From an uncultured Planctomycetaceae bacterium (lineage in GTDB: Bacteria; Planctomycetota; Planctomycetia; Pirellulales; UBA1268), in assembly GCA_963997395.1 (NCBI GenBank), contig CAXEMW010000001.1, forward strand, positions 1-38,768: a stretch of 38,768 nucleotides of DNA, read 5' to 3'. This document shows positions 37,490 to 38,768 of this stretch, in pieces (position 1 is the stretch's first letter; each line of letters begins with the position of its first letter). Below the pieces are notes generated by a model. The model was not told where the DNA came from. It did not search any database and worked only from the letters and a program-made list of their open reading frames with translations. Made by a program: the position numbers and the translations under genes.

Positions 37490-37738
37490 AGCCAAATTCG
37501 ACACAGATGACGACTGATTCTCACTCGCTGCCATTTTTTCAGGCTGAAAGTGAACACATGTGGAAACCTGATCTCTCTCAAACACCACACTCACAGTGAA
37601 ATCAGACAAAAAACAGTATTTTTCACGTTTCAGACGGGATGGATCTGGTACCCGAGTAATTTGATTTGGTCGGAGGAATTCTCACCGCTACAATAAAGTC
37701 GTTCAGAATTCCCATTCCAAACTCCGATAGCAATTCAT

Positions 37739-38131
37739 ATGGCAAAGCAGGGACCAAGAAAAAAACTTCCGAAGGAACTGGCAGTAATCAATGCTGATAA
37801 CTGTACTGGCTGCGAGAGTTGTCTCGAAGTCTGTCCAGTTGACTGCATTTTCAAAGTGCAGCAGTACGATCAATTTCATAATCTTCAAAGTTGGTGTGAA
37901 ATTGACATCGAACGTTGTGTTGGCTGTGAAGTTTGCGTCCATATTCCCGGGAAAAAGACGAACCCTTATGACTTGAAGGTCTGCCCATGGGATGCGATTG
38001 AAATGATTGCGACCGAAGAGGTGGCTGTTGCCGTTTCACAGATGGGCGGTCCACCGGAATATGTTGAGGAGAATTGGGACCGCCTCGTTGACACCGCGCA
38101 ACATTTGGCTGAACTGAAAGCCGCGAAATAG
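37739..38131 (+). CDS. 2x[4Fe-4S] ferredoxin-like protein with an atypical second cluster motif
   Basis: 130-aa ORF. It has CTGCESCLEVCP (C-x2-C-x2-C-x3-C-P) and CVGCEVC followed by 15 residues before CP. It also has a basic N-terminus and an acidic helical C-terminal extension. Confidence 0.8.
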   Translation: MAKQGPRKKLPKELAVINADNCTGCESCLEVCPVDCIFKVQQYDQFHNLQSWCEIDIERCVGCEVCVHIPGKKTNPYDLKVCPWDAIEMIATEEVAVAVSQMGGPPEYVEENWDRLVDTAQHLAELKAAK

Positions 38132-38236
38132 GCGGGCGCAAAGGGTGCCTAAGATTTTGTCTGATTCAAGCTTTGCGTCTGCTCGAAAAAACTGTATGGT
38201 GTACATATATACACGTTTCAGTCGCTGAGTTGCACC

Positions 38237-38768
38237 ATGCCGCATTCCCAACTGCAGGAAAGTTCGCCGCTTATTCGGCACGAACATGTGTTCGATCGAC
38301 TCAGGCTCGCTGCGATACCTGGGCTCGGCCCAATCCTCCGGCGGCGTCTAATCCGTCAATTTGGCTCGGCATCCAGTGTTTTACAAAAAAGTGCGGCATC
38401 ACTTGAAAGCATTCATGGCATTGGACACCGCCTTGCATCTGCAATTTCAATGAGCCGTACTCACGACAAAGCATCTCGTATTCTTGAAGACTGTCAGCAG
38501 CATGGTATCGATATTATCTTGGATACAGACCCGGTATTTCCTGACCTTCTTTCTCAGATTCCGGATCCACCTGACATGCTTTTTGTTCGTGGGACGATCG
38601 ATCCCTGCGATAGTCTTGCAATCGCAGTTGTTGGTGCTCGCCACGCCACCAAAGCCGGTCAGCGAATTGCACACGCTTTTGCAGAGGGCCTTGCTCGCGC
38701 CGGCTTGACGATCGTTAGTGGCTTGGCCCGCGGTATCGATGCAGCTGCACATCGTGGTGCGATCAATG
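38237..38768 (+). CDS. dprA: DNA-processing protein DprA, N-terminal 177 codons; 3' end lies beyond the window edge
   Basis: Not in the ORF track because it has no in-window stop. Manual translation from the ATG at 38237 gives MPHSQLQESSPLIRHEHVFDRLRLAAIPGLGPILRRRLIRQFGSASSVLQKSAASLESIHGIGHRLASAI...IPDPPDMLFVRGTIDPCDSLAIAVVGARHATKAGQRIAHAFAEGLARAGLTIVSGLARGIDAAAHRGAI. An in-frame TGA at about 38162 precedes it, and there is no earlier start codon. Confidence 0.85.
   Translation, partial: MPHSQLQESSPLIRHEHVFDRLRLAAIPGLGPILRRRLIRQFGSASSVLQKSAASLESIHGIGHRLASAISMSRTHDKASRILEDCQQHGIDIILDTDPVFPDLLSQIPDPPDMLFVRGTIDPCDSLAIAVVGARHATKAGQRIAHAFAEGLARAGLTIVSGLARGIDAAAHRGAIN

Noticed and set aside
38135-38158. 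Possible terminator after the ferredoxin gene (GGCGC-AAAGG-GTGCC, then a TTTT run)
   Set aside because: The stem is only 5 bp and includes a G-U pair. The T-run is only 4 nt and is separated from the stem. This is too weak to report as a feature.
38173-38406. A 77-aa track ORF upstream of and overlapping dprA
   Set aside because: It is out of frame with dprA and overlaps its well-conserved N-terminal helix-hairpin-helix region (LRLAAIPGLGP...). It has no motif of its own.
1-38768. Search for CRISPR arrays, transposases or IS ends, integrases, toxin-antitoxin pairs, defence-system hallmarks and biosynthetic gene clusters
   Set aside because: No regularly spaced repeats, terminal inverted repeats or recognisable hallmark proteins were seen. 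Every ORF longer than about 230 aa that is not embedded in another gene has a plausible metabolic or housekeeping assignment.

Overview
The window reads as an ordinary chromosomal segment of a Planctomycetota-type (PVC) genome. That placement is an inference from a DUF1552/DUF1592 gene pair, Pirellula/Verrucomicrobium-type dehydrogenase and heme-binding proteins, and many Cys-type sulfatases. I support 31 protein-coding genes. Two of them run off the window edges, are absent from the ORF track, and were translated by hand. I found no rRNA, tRNA, CRISPR array, transposase, integrase or phage gene. The left two-thirds (1-26.5 kb) is a sulfatase-rich carbohydrate locus. It holds four formylglycine-type sulfatases, a DUF1552/DUF1592 pair, a ThuA-domain protein, two Gfo/Idh/MocA oxidoreductases and a split PVC-type beta-propeller/cytochrome c pair. 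It also holds an NTF2-like/DUF1080 fusion, a NagB-LmbE fusion, an NHS-type MFS transporter, a XylR-like regulator, a beta-hydroxyacid dehydrogenase, an FAH-family hydrolase, galactose mutarotase and an esterase. No canonical glycoside hydrolase or lyase is recognisable there. The right third (26.6-38.8 kb) is housekeeping or stress-related: DJ-1/PfpI, a flavin-dependent-halogenase-like FAD enzyme, tandem Usp, a CaCA antiporter, rhomboid, DoxX, agmatine deiminase, glyA, an M50 protease, lysA, a 2x[4Fe-4S] ferredoxin and dprA. The best candidate for an undescribed system is the near-gapless eight-gene minus-strand array at 1-11984, together with the second Gfo/Idh/MocA-DUF1080 module. Together they suggest a glycoside-hydrolase-free, oxidative (3-keto-sugar type) route for sulfated glycans that hands electrons to cytochrome c. 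This is a hypothesis, not a demonstrated system. I see no defence island, mobile element or biosynthetic cluster. All family calls come from motif recognition by eye; no HMM or BLAST search could be run. Coordinates that I derived by hand may be off by a few nucleotides.
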